A stretch of DNA of 64,000 bases, taken from assembly GCA_963753435.1 (NCBI GenBank), contig CAVWCF010000001.1, forward strand, positions 928,001 to 992,000, given 5' to 3'. The position numbers and the translations under genes were made by a program. The notes below the pieces were generated by a model. That model saw only the letters and a list, made by a program, of their open reading frames with translations. It ran no database searches and had not been told where the DNA came from. Source of the DNA: an uncultured Actinomycetota bacterium (GTDB taxonomy: Bacteria > Actinomycetota > Actinomycetes > CAVWCF01). Shown piece after piece: positions 28,755 to 38,907 of the stretch (within the stretch, counting starts at the first letter, position 1; each line of letters starts with the position of its first letter).

Positions 28755-28905
28755 AGCGTTATCGCAGGCGCCAGCGGAAGCCGCCTCACCCATTTGGAGG
28801 TATCGGGCCCCGCCGCCGCGGACTTGAACACCCTGAGGCCTCCGCGCGCAGACACGCCAGAGGGCGGCCGAAAGGATCATGGACGAGCGCCTACGGTGTT
28901 CCCCC

Positions 28906-30111
28906 GTGAGCTTCGGACGGACTCGACTTCCCCGGGTGGAGTCCCTCACCGGCCTGCGCTGGTTCGCCGCCTTCGCCGTCTTCGCTCACCACCTGAACAA
29001 CTTCGCGCCCCTGCCGATCATCAAGGACATGGCGTTCGGTGTGACCGGCGTCACGTTCTTCTTCGTGCTCTCCGGGTTCGTGCTGACCTGGTCGGCGACC
29101 GCCAACGACACCGCCGGCCGGTTCTACTGGCGCAGGTTCGCCCGCATCTGGCCGTTGCTGGCGGTGTCGACCCTCCTGGCGATTCCGGTCTTCTACGGCT
29201 CATCCGACAGTTTCCAGAAGCCGTTGGATTCCACGGCGCTGATCGGCATCGTCTTGTGCCTGCTCCTGCTGCAGGCCTGGTCGGACAACCCCGCCATCTT
29301 CTTCGCCGGCAACCCGGCCGCCTGGTCCCTGAGTTGCGAGGCGTTCTTCTACGCGATCTTCCCGCCGACCATCCGCCGAGCGATGCCGCGGGGAGTCCCG
29401 GCCATGCTGATGGCCGCCGTCGGCCTCGTGATCGTGAGTTGGGCTCTCCTGTTGTGGCTGCGCTATGCACCACCGGACCCGGACTCACCGCTGCGCATCT
29501 TCTTCCGAGAGCCCATGTACCGGGTTCCGGAGTTCCTCTTGGGTGTTGTGCTTGGAGTGGCGGTTCGCGCCGGGTGGCGACCGCGCCTCTCGGTGCCCGC
29601 CGCGGTCGGGCTGGTCTTCCTCGGAATAGCCACCCTCGTCTTGTGGCGGCACAGCCCCGGCCTGACTGAGTCGTTCATGAAGCCAACTAGCGCCATGAAT
29701 CAACTAATGGCGCCGCTGTACGGCCTACTGATCGTCGCCGTTGCCGTCCGCGACGTTCGCGGTGGTCAGTCCCGACTGCAAACCGGCTGGTTGGTCGCGC
29801 TGGGCAAGTGGTCCTACGCCTTCTACCTGGTGCACGCCACGGTGATCTACACCTTCCGCCTCGTCCTCGGCGTACAGCCTTCGTCGTGGTCCAACGTCGT
29901 ATGGATCGGCCCCATGCTGCTGGCGTCAATCGCGGTTGCGGCCGCGTTGTACATATGGGTGGAGCACCCGACGGAACGGCGCCTGCGGGCCATGCTGCCG
30001 CCGCGGCCGGAAGAGCCCCCGACTGCCGACGACCCCGTTCCCGCTGCCACGACGACGGTTGCCGCTACGCGTGCGGACCCGGTCGACCGCGATGGCGGAT
30101 CAGCCCGCTGA
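28906..30111 (+). CDS. Acyltransferase_3 (OafA-like) membrane O-acyltransferase
   Basis: SLTGLRWFAAFAVFAHH, GVTFFFVLSGFVL, FYWRRFARIWP, AWSLSCEAFFY, LGKWSYAFYLVH, YIWVEHP. Start may instead be 28879. Confidence 0.9.
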   Translation: MSFGRTRLPRVESLTGLRWFAAFAVFAHHLNNFAPLPIIKDMAFGVTGVTFFFVLSGFVLTWSATANDTAGRFYWRRFARIWPLLAVSTLLAIPVFYGSSDSFQKPLDSTALIGIVLCLLLLQAWSDNPAIFFAGNPAAWSLSCEAFFYAIFPPTIRRAMPRGVPAMLMAAVGLVIVSWALLLWLRYAPPDPDSPLRIFFREPMYRVPEFLLGVVLGVAVRAGWRPRLSVPAAVGLVFLGIATLVLWRHSPGLTESFMKPTSAMNQLMAPLYGLLIVAVAVRDVRGGQSRLQTGWLVALGKWSYAFYLVHATVIYTFRLVLGVQPSSWSNVVWIGPMLLASIAVAAALYIWVEHPTERRLRAMLPPRPEEPPTADDPVPAATTTVAATRADPVDRDGGSAR

Positions 30112-32715
30112 CCCCAACCCAAGGAAGGGCGCCAGAACAGCAGCGCTCTTCCTGCCATCGTGGAGTTCAGAGACGAATCTCAGCCCGGACGCCGCGGATG
30201 CGCGGACCTGCTCCGGATCGCTGAGCAGCGCCAGGAGCACCTGCTCGAGCGAGTCCGCATCCGCCTGAACCACTGGTAGCGGCAACGGCAGGCGGTCGCG
30301 AACCGACGCGGTCACGTTGCCGACAACGCACCTGCCCGCGGCCATCGCTTCGCAGGCCAGGACCCCGTAGGAGCCGATCGCGAATTGATCGAGCACGATG
30401 TCTGCAGCGGCCATGGCTGCGGGCATTTCCTCCGGTGGAACACCCTGCAGCCGCCGATAGGTGAGTACCCCGTCCGCCTCCAGGCGCTGAAGCAGCGAAT
30501 CCACCCGGTCACTGCCCTTGAGGGAAGACCGCGATGGGGCATGCAGCACCACCGGCGGCCCGTCGTGCTCCAACGGCGTTGTCGACGTTGCCCACATCTG
30601 CATGTCCACCACCACCGGCAGCCACGTCGCGGTGGGCACGTCGTCCAGCAGGTCCGGCGTGGAAACAAAGACCGGCCCATCAAAGCTGTCGATGAGCGGC
30701 CGCAGCTCGGCCGTCACCCGGCTGAGCCGGGTGCTCAGTTCGCTGGTGGGGTCGGCGTACGGGGAGTGCAGATGCATACGACGGTGGCGGGCCGGGTCAC
30801 GCACTTCCGAACCGTGGAAGACCGCCGCGACCTCCAGGCCGTTGCTGCGCAGGGCTGCCGCATCGTCAGCGAAGGTGCGGCCATTGAGCAGCCCGGCGAT
30901 CGGGCGCCCTGCTTCCAGCAGGACGTGGGTCGCGGTGTCGCAGAGGTGCGCGAAGTACTGCTGCTGCCACTGCAGATCCTTCGCGTAGGTGTCCGGCGAG
31001 ATCCGCGTGTCCGCGGGGAAGTCCAAACCGCCCTTCTCCACGGCCAGCACCTCGGTCTGCACTTCGGGGTAGGCCCGGTGCACCGCCTGCGCCCACTGCC
31101 AGGCCTGCCCGGCCATGTTCGCCGGCCCAACGGCCAGGTGAGTCGCACCCGATGCCCGCCGGCCCGCCGCCGGTGTCGATTCCACCAAATCACCCGGATT
31201 GAGATCGGGCACGCGGCCAAGGTCCGCCCAGTTCGCCTCCGGCAGCAGCCGGCGATACAGCTGCGCCAGTTCGGCTTCCTGCGCCTCCCAGGTGAGTGGC
31301 GCAAGCAGCGCAGCGTCGGTGACACGTTCTCGGTATTCGACGTACCCGGCGCGCACCCGGCCCACGGCGTCAGCCAGCGACCGCGGATCGTCCGCAACGT
31401 GCACCTCGCCGGTTCCAGTCTCGGCGAGGAACTCCGCTTGGGTGCGGCAGTCACTGGCCACGACGGGCAGCCCCGCGTGCAGGTACTCGAAGAGTTTGTT
31501 GGTCAGCGCCATGTCGTGACTGCCGAAGTGCAGCAAGGGCAGCAGGCCGACATCAGCAGAGGACAGGAACGAAACGACGTCGCCAGGGGCTACCGGGTTG
31601 AGGAAGTGGACACGATCCGAAACACCAACCGATGCCGCTTGCTCCCGAAGTCGCCGCACCGCATACGTGTCGTTGTGTGGCACACACACAACGGCCAAGT
31701 GCGCGTCGGGGAGTTGCGACAGCGCGTCGATGGCCGTCTGCACTCCCCGGGCCACCGTCACCCCACCGGAGTAGACGAGCAACAGGGTGTCCGCATCCAG
31801 ACCACATTGCTCGCGGACGCCTTCCTGACGAGTTCCGCGGCGGCTCTCATCGTGGATCGGCGTGTTCAGGATCAGCGTCGGTTGCTGGCGTAACGAGTGC
31901 TCGCGCTGAAGCCGCGACGCGATCGCCGGGGAAACGGTGATGACTCCGTCGGCGCGGCGGATGAAGTCGGATTCCAGCGCCGCCCAAGCCGATCGCACTC
32001 GGGCGGTTCGTCCCCCGTACAGGCTCAGCCCGCGCACGTACTCATGCGCGTCATAAACCCAGGGTGTCTGCCTGCCGGCCCGTTCCGCCCGGACGGCGGC
32101 ATTGGCGGCCACCAGCAGCAGGTCGGCATCATGGGAATGGATCAGATCCGGCTGCAGCGAATCGATGACGGCCGCGTATGAGGTCTCGTAGTCGTACACC
32201 TGCGGTACCACCCGACCCCAGACGACCGGCCACGTCAGCCGGGCCATCAACCCGTCGTAGGCACGCCAGGACTTCGTCCAGACCTTGGCGAAGCCGCGCT
32301 GCCCGGCTCGGCGGGCGCGCAACCACTGACCGCGCAACTGCCACCAGCGCCGACGCAGTCGCCGCCGCTCAATGCCGGCCCTGGTGTACTCCAGTCGCGC
32401 CCGGGCGCGGACGGCCTGCTCCTCGGCGGGTGTTCGGTAGCCGACCAGGTTCGGCGGCCTGCGACGACGCCCGCGCGCGGCATTGCGTGCGTCCCGAGAG
32501 CGCCAGGAGATGGGTATTCGCAGGACGGTTACTGGCCCCATGTTCCGGGTGCTGCGCCGACCATCCGAGGCGTACGCGATCAGCGTGACACGCGCGCCCA
32601 ACCTGGCTGCCGACAGCGCCGTCTTGCGGATTCGGGTGTCCGCGGCGACGTCGTTGCCGGCCAGCATCACCACATGCGGTTGCACGGTCTCGCGGGCCAC
32701 GTCCGGGTCGGTCAC
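30100..32715 (-). CDS. Bimodular glycosyltransferase: GT4 plus a second GT-B-like module
   Basis: Module 1: DTRIRK, IHSHD, VYDAHE, YSGGV..ARG, ALTNKLFEYLHAGLPVVASD. Module 2: GPANMAGQ, FHGSEVRDP, HAPSRSSLKG, DQFAIGSYGVLACEAMAAG. Start may extend to 32748. Confidence 0.85.
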   Translation of the reverse strand: MTDPDVARETVQPHVVMLAGNDVAADTRIRKTALSAARLGARVTLIAYASDGRRSTRNMGPVTVLRIPISWRSRDARNAARGRRRRPPNLVGYRTPAEEQAVRARARLEYTRAGIERRRLRRRWWQLRGQWLRARRAGQRGFAKVWTKSWRAYDGLMARLTWPVVWGRVVPQVYDYETSYAAVIDSLQPDLIHSHDADLLLVAANAAVRAERAGRQTPWVYDAHEYVRGLSLYGGRTARVRSAWAALESDFIRRADGVITVSPAIASRLQREHSLRQQPTLILNTPIHDESRRGTRQEGVREQCGLDADTLLLVYSGGVTVARGVQTAIDALSQLPDAHLAVVCVPHNDTYAVRRLREQAASVGVSDRVHFLNPVAPGDVVSFLSSADVGLLPLLHFGSHDMALTNKLFEYLHAGLPVVASDCRTQAEFLAETGTGEVHVADDPRSLADAVGRVRAGYVEYRERVTDAALLAPLTWEAQEAELAQLYRRLLPEANWADLGRVPDLNPGDLVESTPAAGRRASGATHLAVGPANMAGQAWQWAQAVHRAYPEVQTEVLAVEKGGLDFPADTRISPDTYAKDLQWQQQYFAHLCDTATHVLLEAGRPIAGLLNGRTFADDAAALRSNGLEVAAVFHGSEVRDPARHRRMHLHSPYADPTSELSTRLSRVTAELRPLIDSFDGPVFVSTPDLLDDVPTATWLPVVVDMQMWATSTTPLEHDGPPVVLHAPSRSSLKGSDRVDSLLQRLEADGVLTYRRLQGVPPEEMPAAMAAADIVLDQFAIGSYGVLACEAMAAGRCVVGNVTASVRDRLPLPLPVVQADADSLEQVLLALLSDPEQVRASAASGLRFVSELHDGRKSAAVLAPFLGLGSAG

Positions 32716-32725
32716 GTCGGGAAAC

Positions 32726-33241
32726 CTATGCGGCGCCGCCGGGTCCACCCGACAGCGCCTCGCGGTCGAGACCGGAGCGCAGGTCGGCGTTCGGACTCAG
32801 TCGGGCCAAGTGCCAGACCACGGGCCAGGCCGCTGCGGTCGTGGGGATGATCTGCGTCAACGTACCCGGGTCGATGGCGCGCAAGTAGTGCCTGCGGACA
32901 ACGGCCCAGTCAAGCTGTGGCAGGACCGCTTCGACCGCCTTCGTGCCACGGAGGCCGGGCCACCAAGGAGCGGTTCGCAGCGGCGACTGCCGACGCACCA
33001 GCTTTGCCGCGACCGAGCGCGGATCTGCGGCCAACGGTGCGATCGGCAGTGTCGAGGGATAGCGGGCGGCGGTGTCGAAGACGCGCACACCTCTGGGCAG
33101 GTCCGGCCAGCCCTGCTTGTCGCGTCGAATCAACAACGCCTCCCCTCCAGCCCGTACTACTCGGCCGAGGTCGTTGACCATCTGCGGGCGTCGGTGGTCC
33201 TCGAGAGCGACCACGAGAACCCGGGCTCGCGCCGCGTTCAC
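32726..33241 (-). CDS. Hypothetical protein coupled to the upstream GT (possible stand-alone GT-B N-terminal half)
   Basis: GTGA overlap with the 33238 stop; fills the operon gap; resembles 43004-43570. Confidence 0.6.
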   Translation of the reverse strand: MNAARARVLVVALEDHRRPQMVNDLGRVVRAGGEALLIRRDKQGWPDLPRGVRVFDTAARYPSTLPIAPLAADPRSVAAKLVRRQSPLRTAPWWPGLRGTKAVEAVLPQLDWAVVRRHYLRAIDPGTLTQIIPTTAAAWPVVWHLARLSPNADLRSGLDREALSGGPGGAA

Positions 33242-34542
33242 AAGTCACCTTCGGCGGTTCGAACCAACCACTCCGCATGCGGGGTGACGGTGGCCGACCA
33301 GGTGTGGCGGGCAGCCAGCCGCCGGGTGGCGGCGACCTGCTCGTCAGTGCGCGCGACCGCGAGTCCAGCAAGCCGGGAGAAACCGTCCGCCACCTCGCCG
33401 GGAGACAACCCAGTCACCCCGCAATACAGCGGTGACTCGGCGAAGACCCGGCTCGTGTCATTCTCCGGGCCGTAAGCACCCAGCACCGGAAGGCCGGAGC
33501 CGAGGTAGTCGTACGCCTTGGCGGAAGTCACATATCCGGAAGTAGGCAGCGTCAGCAGGAGCGCGTCGAACCGGGCGTAGGTAGCGGCCAATTGCGGATG
33601 CGGAACCGAGCCCCCGTAACTGACGCCGTCGTCGGCGTAGCTGCTGATGATCGCACCGGCGGGATCACCACCAGAACGCCAGAACCCCAGGTGACCGTGC
33701 AAGACCAACGTGGCCTGCGACCCCGCCGCGGTATTCCGGAAGAGACGCCAACCGGCCAGGACTTCGGCCAACGGCAGGTCCGGACGGATGGTCCCCACGT
33801 AGCCGACGGACAGGGGGCCGGACGGGGGCGGCCGCAGCGGCGTATTGAGGATCGCGGCGTCGAAGCCGTTCTCCATGACAACGATCCGGTCCGCCGCTTG
33901 CGGGTAGCGGTCGCGGTACCACTGGGCCAGGGCCTCGTTGACGGTGATCGTCCGCGCGGCGCGGCCGATGATCTTGCTTTCCCACGCCCAGGCCCGGTCT
34001 TGCGGGGCGAAGCGATCACGGCCGGTGAACTGGTCCATGGTCCAGGCGTCCCGGTAGTCGACGACCGAGGGGATGCGCAGGGCCCGGGCCACCGAATGCG
34101 CAGCGCCCAGCGACACGTACGGCCCCCCGGTGGCGAGCACGAGGTCTACCGGTCGCCGCCGATGCTCGCGCAGGGCCGACTGCACCAAGATGGGCAGTGC
34201 GTGCCCGTACCGCTCCGGGAAGGCCGTCCGAGCCGCTCGCTCCCAGAAGGCCGAGTGCAATCGAGGCATGTTCCCCCGAGTCCAGGACATGGCGCGGAAG
34301 TCGGTGACCAAGTGCTGGTGTGGGAACCGGAAGTGCACCACTCGGACCTTGGGGCTGACTTCGGTGGCTGCGTCCCGATCGATGCCGGTCAGGTCGTCGT
34401 AGAAGGAATGGTCCACCGCCAGTGCCGTGACGTCCGCCCCGGCCTCGACCAGAGCGTTGGCCCAGGCCCTGATCCGGTTGACGCCGCTGCCCCGGGCCGG
34501 CGGGAAGTGAAACGGAAGCATGAGGACATGCGGTTGCCTCAT
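33238..34542 (-). CDS. GT4-like glycosyltransferase
   Basis: FPPARGSGVNR, VLATGGPY, VDYRDAWT, ENGFD, GYVGTI, TSAKAYDYLGSGLPVL. Confidence 0.85.
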   Translation of the reverse strand: MRQPHVLMLPFHFPPARGSGVNRIRAWANALVEAGADVTALAVDHSFYDDLTGIDRDAATEVSPKVRVVHFRFPHQHLVTDFRAMSWTRGNMPRLHSAFWERAARTAFPERYGHALPILVQSALREHRRRPVDLVLATGGPYVSLGAAHSVARALRIPSVVDYRDAWTMDQFTGRDRFAPQDRAWAWESKIIGRAARTITVNEALAQWYRDRYPQAADRIVVMENGFDAAILNTPLRPPPSGPLSVGYVGTIRPDLPLAEVLAGWRLFRNTAAGSQATLVLHGHLGFWRSGGDPAGAIISSYADDGVSYGGSVPHPQLAATYARFDALLLTLPTSGYVTSAKAYDYLGSGLPVLGAYGPENDTSRVFAESPLYCGVTGLSPGEVADGFSRLAGLAVARTDEQVAATRRLAARHTWSATVTPHAEWLVRTAEGDL

Positions 34543-36404
34543 CGCCCACCTCCGGTCCCCGAAGACAAGAAGCTCGCCAGCGCTTCCGCTGCCGCGTCGC
34601 CATTGTGGAACCGTGCCACGAAGTCCCGGCCCGCTTCGCCCCGGCTGCGCAATATCTCCGGGTCGGCCAGCAGCGCCTCCATCTGCGCCGCCAACGTCTC
34701 CGGGTTGGCTTCAACGATGGGTACCTCCGCCGGGGAACGCTCCCGCAGGGTGGCCCCGACGTTTCCCACCACACACCTGCCCATAGCCATGGCCTCACAG
34801 GCCAAGTGGCCGTACAAACCCAGCAGCACCTGGTCCACCACCACGTCGGCGTCGGCGATGGTGGCCGCCACCTCTGCCGGTGTGATGCCTTGCAGTCGGC
34901 GGTAGCGAATGCGGCCCGCCTCGGCCAGGGGCTGCAGCACCGCTTCGATCGCTGCGGTTCCCTTGAGCACGGGGTTCGACGGCGCGTGCACCACCAGCGG
35001 TGGTTCGGAGGTGGTCAGCGGTCGCGTCGTCGGCAGTCGGTTCATATCGACGGTGACCGGCAACCACGTTGCTTTCGGTACGTAGTCCAGAAGGTCGAGC
35101 GTGGAGACGAAGGTAGGACCATCGAACCCATCCAGCAGCGCCAGGAGTTGGTCGCACTTGGCCTGCAGCGTGGCGGTGTAGGGGTCATCGGGATCTGCGA
35201 AAGGTGAGAAGGCGTGGGCGTCGCGGTGCCGACGCGGATCGCGAACCTCCGAACCATGAAAGACGAGCCCGACGTGAATTCCCGCGTCACGCATCTCCTC
35301 GACGTCGCCACGGAAATCAGATCCGTTCAGCGTCCCGAACAGTGGGCGTCCCGCCTCGACCAGGGCGTGCGTCCAAGTGGACAGACATTCAGTGCGCAAG
35401 CGCTCCTGCCAGGCGCGGTCCCGGGCGAAGACCTCCGCGGTGACGACCTCGTCCGCCGCATACGCGAACGCTCCCGCCTGGATCGCAACCACGCGGGTGT
35501 CCAGTCCGAACGCCCTGTTCGCAGCGCCCGTCCAGGCAGCAGCCTGGCCGGCGGAGTTCGTTGGCCCCATACCGAACAGCGGTCCCGACACCGAACGAGC
35601 CGGCAGCGGCAATCGCTCCGGTTCGTCCCATGCGGGTCGCTCGGTCGCTTCGGTGAGGTCTGCGCCAAAACGATGGCAAATTTCGAGAACGTGCTCCCCC
35701 GCGGCCCTTGCATCGGTGTCGGCTGCAATGACTCCGTCCACAGCGGCGGCCATTCGGTTCGTCAGCCGCTCGGTCACGTCCGCGCCCAGCCATGAGCGAC
35801 CAGCCGCGAGGGGTGCGGAGTCGTACAGAACCCGGAGGCGCCGACCTCGGCTGACAGCACGAGCCTTAGCCCGGGCGGCCGGCACGAGGAACTCCGCACC
35901 GGCCTGGACGAAGTCAGGTTCCAGGGAGTCAATCTCGCTTGCTACCGCTGTCTCAAGATCGAGAGCTTGGGCGATGTCCCTATCGCTACGGGCCCAACCC
36001 CATTCGGAGAACAGTTGGTTGCTGGGCCATCGCCGGGCAATGCGCAGACGCAGATCCCACCAGGATCTGGCCAACCGGCGGTGCTCCAAACCCGCCCACT
36101 GCCGCTTGAGGCCCATCACCCGAATCGCAGTGCTCTCCCGATGCCCACTCGATTCGGATTCAGACGACCCCGCCGCGGTTGCCCCGCTACCCCAATCACG
36201 GAACTTGTGGCCAAGCGGTACCCGCCGAATGCGCACCGTGCCCAAGCGGGTCTCCCCGCGGTGGCCACCGGGAGTTGTGATCAGGATCGTGACGGCTAGG
36301 CCACGCCTTGCCAAATCCGTGGCAATCCGTCGGACCCGGTCATCGGGCTGGGCATCCCCCAGCGCGAGCAGGACCACGCGCGCGGGGGCGGGTAGCCCGG
36401 TCAC
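34539..36404 (-). CDS. Glycosyltransferase with degenerate N-terminal GT4 half and intact GPxNxAGQ/HGSEVRDP module
   Basis: GPTNSAGQ, FHGSEVRDP, HAPSNPVLKG, DQVLLGLYGHLACEAMAMG; paralogous to 30100-32715. Confidence 0.8.
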   Translation of the reverse strand: MTGLPAPARVVLLALGDAQPDDRVRRIATDLARRGLAVTILITTPGGHRGETRLGTVRIRRVPLGHKFRDWGSGATAAGSSESESSGHRESTAIRVMGLKRQWAGLEHRRLARSWWDLRLRIARRWPSNQLFSEWGWARSDRDIAQALDLETAVASEIDSLEPDFVQAGAEFLVPAARAKARAVSRGRRLRVLYDSAPLAAGRSWLGADVTERLTNRMAAAVDGVIAADTDARAAGEHVLEICHRFGADLTEATERPAWDEPERLPLPARSVSGPLFGMGPTNSAGQAAAWTGAANRAFGLDTRVVAIQAGAFAYAADEVVTAEVFARDRAWQERLRTECLSTWTHALVEAGRPLFGTLNGSDFRGDVEEMRDAGIHVGLVFHGSEVRDPRRHRDAHAFSPFADPDDPYTATLQAKCDQLLALLDGFDGPTFVSTLDLLDYVPKATWLPVTVDMNRLPTTRPLTTSEPPLVVHAPSNPVLKGTAAIEAVLQPLAEAGRIRYRRLQGITPAEVAATIADADVVVDQVLLGLYGHLACEAMAMGRCVVGNVGATLRERSPAEVPIVEANPETLAAQMEALLADPEILRSRGEAGRDFVARFHNGDAAAEALASFLSSGTGGGR

Positions 36405-37693
36405 GCCTCGCCGATGACGCGCCTCACCACACCCGGGAACCTGCTGGCCTCGGTGACACCGCGACCATCCACCAAGGCCTTCAGGCCGGGTAGGTCCGCG
36501 ACGGCCAACTCCCGGTACTCCGGGTGGTCGGCCTGAAGCACCGCGGCGTCCGCCGGCTCGCCCAGGTGGTACGGGGTGAAGCCCAGATCCGCCAACTCCG
36601 CATCGGAGTACATCGGGTCGTGCACAGCCACGTGCGCGCCACGCTGCGCCAAGGCCGCGACGGTCGGGAAGACCCCGGAGAAGGCCGTCTCCTTCACACC
36701 ACCCCGGTAGGAGGCGCCGAGAACCACCACGCGCTGATTCGTGAGGTCGCCCATGGCCTCAACAAGCAACTCCGTCGCGTACGACGGCATGGCCATGTTG
36801 GCCTCGCGGGCGGCACGCACCACCGTGGCGTCTGGGTCGTTGAACAAGTACAGACGCGGGTAGACCGGGATGCAGTGACCGCCGACAGCGATGCCCGGCC
36901 GATGAATGTGGCTGTAGGGCTGGGAGTTGGACGCGTCGATCACCTTGTGCACATCGATCCCGTGCTCGGCGGCGAACCGGGCGAACTGGTTGGCCAGCCC
37001 AATGTTCACATCGCGGTACGTGGTCTCGGCCAGTTTCGCCATCTCCGCGGCCTCGGCCGAACCCAGGTCCCAGACACCGTTGGGGCTGGCCAGATCCGGA
37101 CGGTCGTCGAACTGCAGGACCGCCTCGTAGAAATCCCGGGCCCGGTCGGCACCGGCTGGCGCCAGCCCGCCGATCAACTTCGGGTACTTGCGCAAGTCGG
37201 CGAAGACGCGGCCGGTCAGCACGCGCTCCGGCGAGAAGACCAGATGGAAATCCGTGCCCTCGACCAGTCCGGAACCTTCTTCGAGCATCGGCTTCCACCG
37301 CGTCCGGGTGGTCCCGACCGGCAGCGTCGTTTCGTAGGAGACCAGCGTTCCTGGGGTCAGGTTCGCCGCGATGCTGCGGGTCGCCGAGTCCATCCAGCCG
37401 AAGTCGGGCTGCCAGGTTTCGTCGTTTACGAAGAGCGGCACGACCACGACCACGGCGTCCGCGCCAGGAACAGCCTGGGCGTAGTCGGTGGTGGCGGTGA
37501 GCAATCCGGAGCCCACTACGTCGGCCAGGTACTCGCCCAGGTGCGCCTCGCCCGGGAAGGGCTCGACGCCACCGGCCACTGCCGCGACCAGGTCCGGGTT
37601 GATGTCGACCCCGACCACCTGATGGCCGGACCGGGCGAACTGAACCGCCAGCGGTAGCCCGATCTTGCCCAGCGCGACAACCGCGATCTTCAC
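36401..37693 (-). CDS. UDP-N-acetylhexosamine 6-dehydrogenase (WbpA/WecC-like)
   Basis: VALGKIGLPLA, YETTLPVGTTR, FSPERV, AEMAKLAETTYRDVNIGLAN, PGIAVGGHCIPVYP, LGASYRGGVKE. Confidence 0.9.
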   Translation of the reverse strand: MKIAVVALGKIGLPLAVQFARSGHQVVGVDINPDLVAAVAGGVEPFPGEAHLGEYLADVVGSGLLTATTDYAQAVPGADAVVVVVPLFVNDETWQPDFGWMDSATRSIAANLTPGTLVSYETTLPVGTTRTRWKPMLEEGSGLVEGTDFHLVFSPERVLTGRVFADLRKYPKLIGGLAPAGADRARDFYEAVLQFDDRPDLASPNGVWDLGSAEAAEMAKLAETTYRDVNIGLANQFARFAAEHGIDVHKVIDASNSQPYSHIHRPGIAVGGHCIPVYPRLYLFNDPDATVVRAAREANMAMPSYATELLVEAMGDLTNQRVVVLGASYRGGVKETAFSGVFPTVAALAQRGAHVAVHDPMYSDAELADLGFTPYHLGEPADAAVLQADHPEYRELAVADLPGLKALVDGRGVTEASRFPGVVRRVIGEA

Positions 37694-37716
37694 CCGTGGC
37701 CCTCTCTTTCGGTGAT

Positions 37717-37744
37717 GGGAGGTTACCCGGCGCGCTACCCTCCC
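37717..37744. promoter_or_regulatory. Imperfect inverted repeat carrying divergent -10 hexamers (dehydrogenase and epimerase)
   Basis: GGGAGGTTACC-N6-GCTACCCTCCC (9/11 symmetric), containing TAACCT on minus and TACCCT on plus. Confidence 0.45.
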
Positions 37745-37774
37745 CCGCACTCTTCGGGACACAGGAGGGCCTTT

Positions 37775-38836
37775 GTGAAGGTCTTGAGCGTCGTGGGCGC
37801 CCGACCGCAGTTCGTCAAACTCGCTCCGGTGGCCGAGGCGGTGACGCGGGCCGGACATCAGCATGTGATCGTCCACACCGGGCAGCACTACGACGCACGC
37901 ATGAGCGACGTCTTCTTCGCCGATCTGGCCATCCCGGATCCTGATGTGCACCTCGGCGTCGGGTCCGGCAGCCACGGAGTGCAAACCGGCTCCATGCTCG
38001 CCGCAATGGACGCCGTCCTCGACGAGCACCGCCCCGATTGGGTCCTTGTCTACGGTGACACGAACTCCACCCTCGCCGGCGCGCTGTCCGCGGTGAAGGT
38101 CCACATCCCCGTGGCGCACCTGGAAGCCGGCTTGCGATCCTTCAACCGCCGCATGCCCGAGGAGCACAACCGGGTCCTGACCGACCATGCCGCCGATCTG
38201 CTGCTGGCGCCGACGCAGGTCGCGATGGGTCACTTGGATGCCGAAGGGCTGGCCGCAAGGTCGGTGCTGGTCGGCGACGTGATGACCGACGTCTGCTACC
38301 GCGTCCGGGACGCCGTCCTGACCGAGCAGCCCCTACCGCCAGCGGGACTGGCATCGGGCGACTACCTCGTCGCCACCATGCATCGGGCGGAGAACACCGA
38401 CGACCCGGCTCGGCTGCGAGCGGTCGTCGACGCCTTGGCGGGCCTACCCGTTCCGGTCCTGCTCCTGGCCCATCCGCGCCTGGTGACCCGCTGTCACGAG
38501 TTCGGCATCCCGCTGGACGGCGGGGCCCTGCGCACCAGCGAGCCACTCAGCTACCCCGACATGGTGGCGGCGGTGCTGCAATCACGTGGCGTCGTGACCG
38601 ACTCCGGGGGGCTGCAGAAGGAGGCCTACCTACTGCAGCGGCCCTGCACGACGGTCCGCACCGAAACTGAGTGGGTGGAAACCCTGGACGGCGGGTGGAA
38701 CGTCCTTACGCCGGACCCCGCTGACGTGCAGGAGCACGCACTCCGCCCTGCCCCAGCTGCACCTACCGGCCATCCGTACGGCGACGGGCACGCCGGCGGT
38801 CGAGTGGTCCAAGCGCTCAGCGACCGAACTCGCTGA
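37775..38836 (+). CDS. wecB: Non-hydrolysing UDP-N-acetylglucosamine 2-epimerase family (WecB/WbpI-like)
   Basis: VVGARPQFVK, HTGQHYD, YGDTNSTLAG, HLEAGLRSFNRRMPEE, TDSGGLQKEAY, TETEW, PYGDG; AGGAGG RBS. Confidence 0.92.
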   Translation: MKVLSVVGARPQFVKLAPVAEAVTRAGHQHVIVHTGQHYDARMSDVFFADLAIPDPDVHLGVGSGSHGVQTGSMLAAMDAVLDEHRPDWVLVYGDTNSTLAGALSAVKVHIPVAHLEAGLRSFNRRMPEEHNRVLTDHAADLLLAPTQVAMGHLDAEGLAARSVLVGDVMTDVCYRVRDAVLTEQPLPPAGLASGDYLVATMHRAENTDDPARLRAVVDALAGLPVPVLLLAHPRLVTRCHEFGIPLDGGALRTSEPLSYPDMVAAVLQSRGVVTDSGGLQKEAYLLQRPCTTVRTETEWVETLDGGWNVLTPDPADVQEHALRPAPAAPTGHPYGDGHAGGRVVQALSDRTR

Positions 38837-38907
38837 CTGCAGCCGGCGCCGGCCGGAACCCAGACTTTCGATGTGTCCGGCGTCTGGCGACGGCGGTCGC
38901 GGCGGCG

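Noticed and set aside
37694-38233. N-terminal extensions in the ORF track (dehydrogenase to 38233; similarly manC to 22349, GtrA from 57500, GT4 to 47826)
   Set aside because: They overlap real genes, and family motifs plus RBS or -10 signals place the starts downstream.
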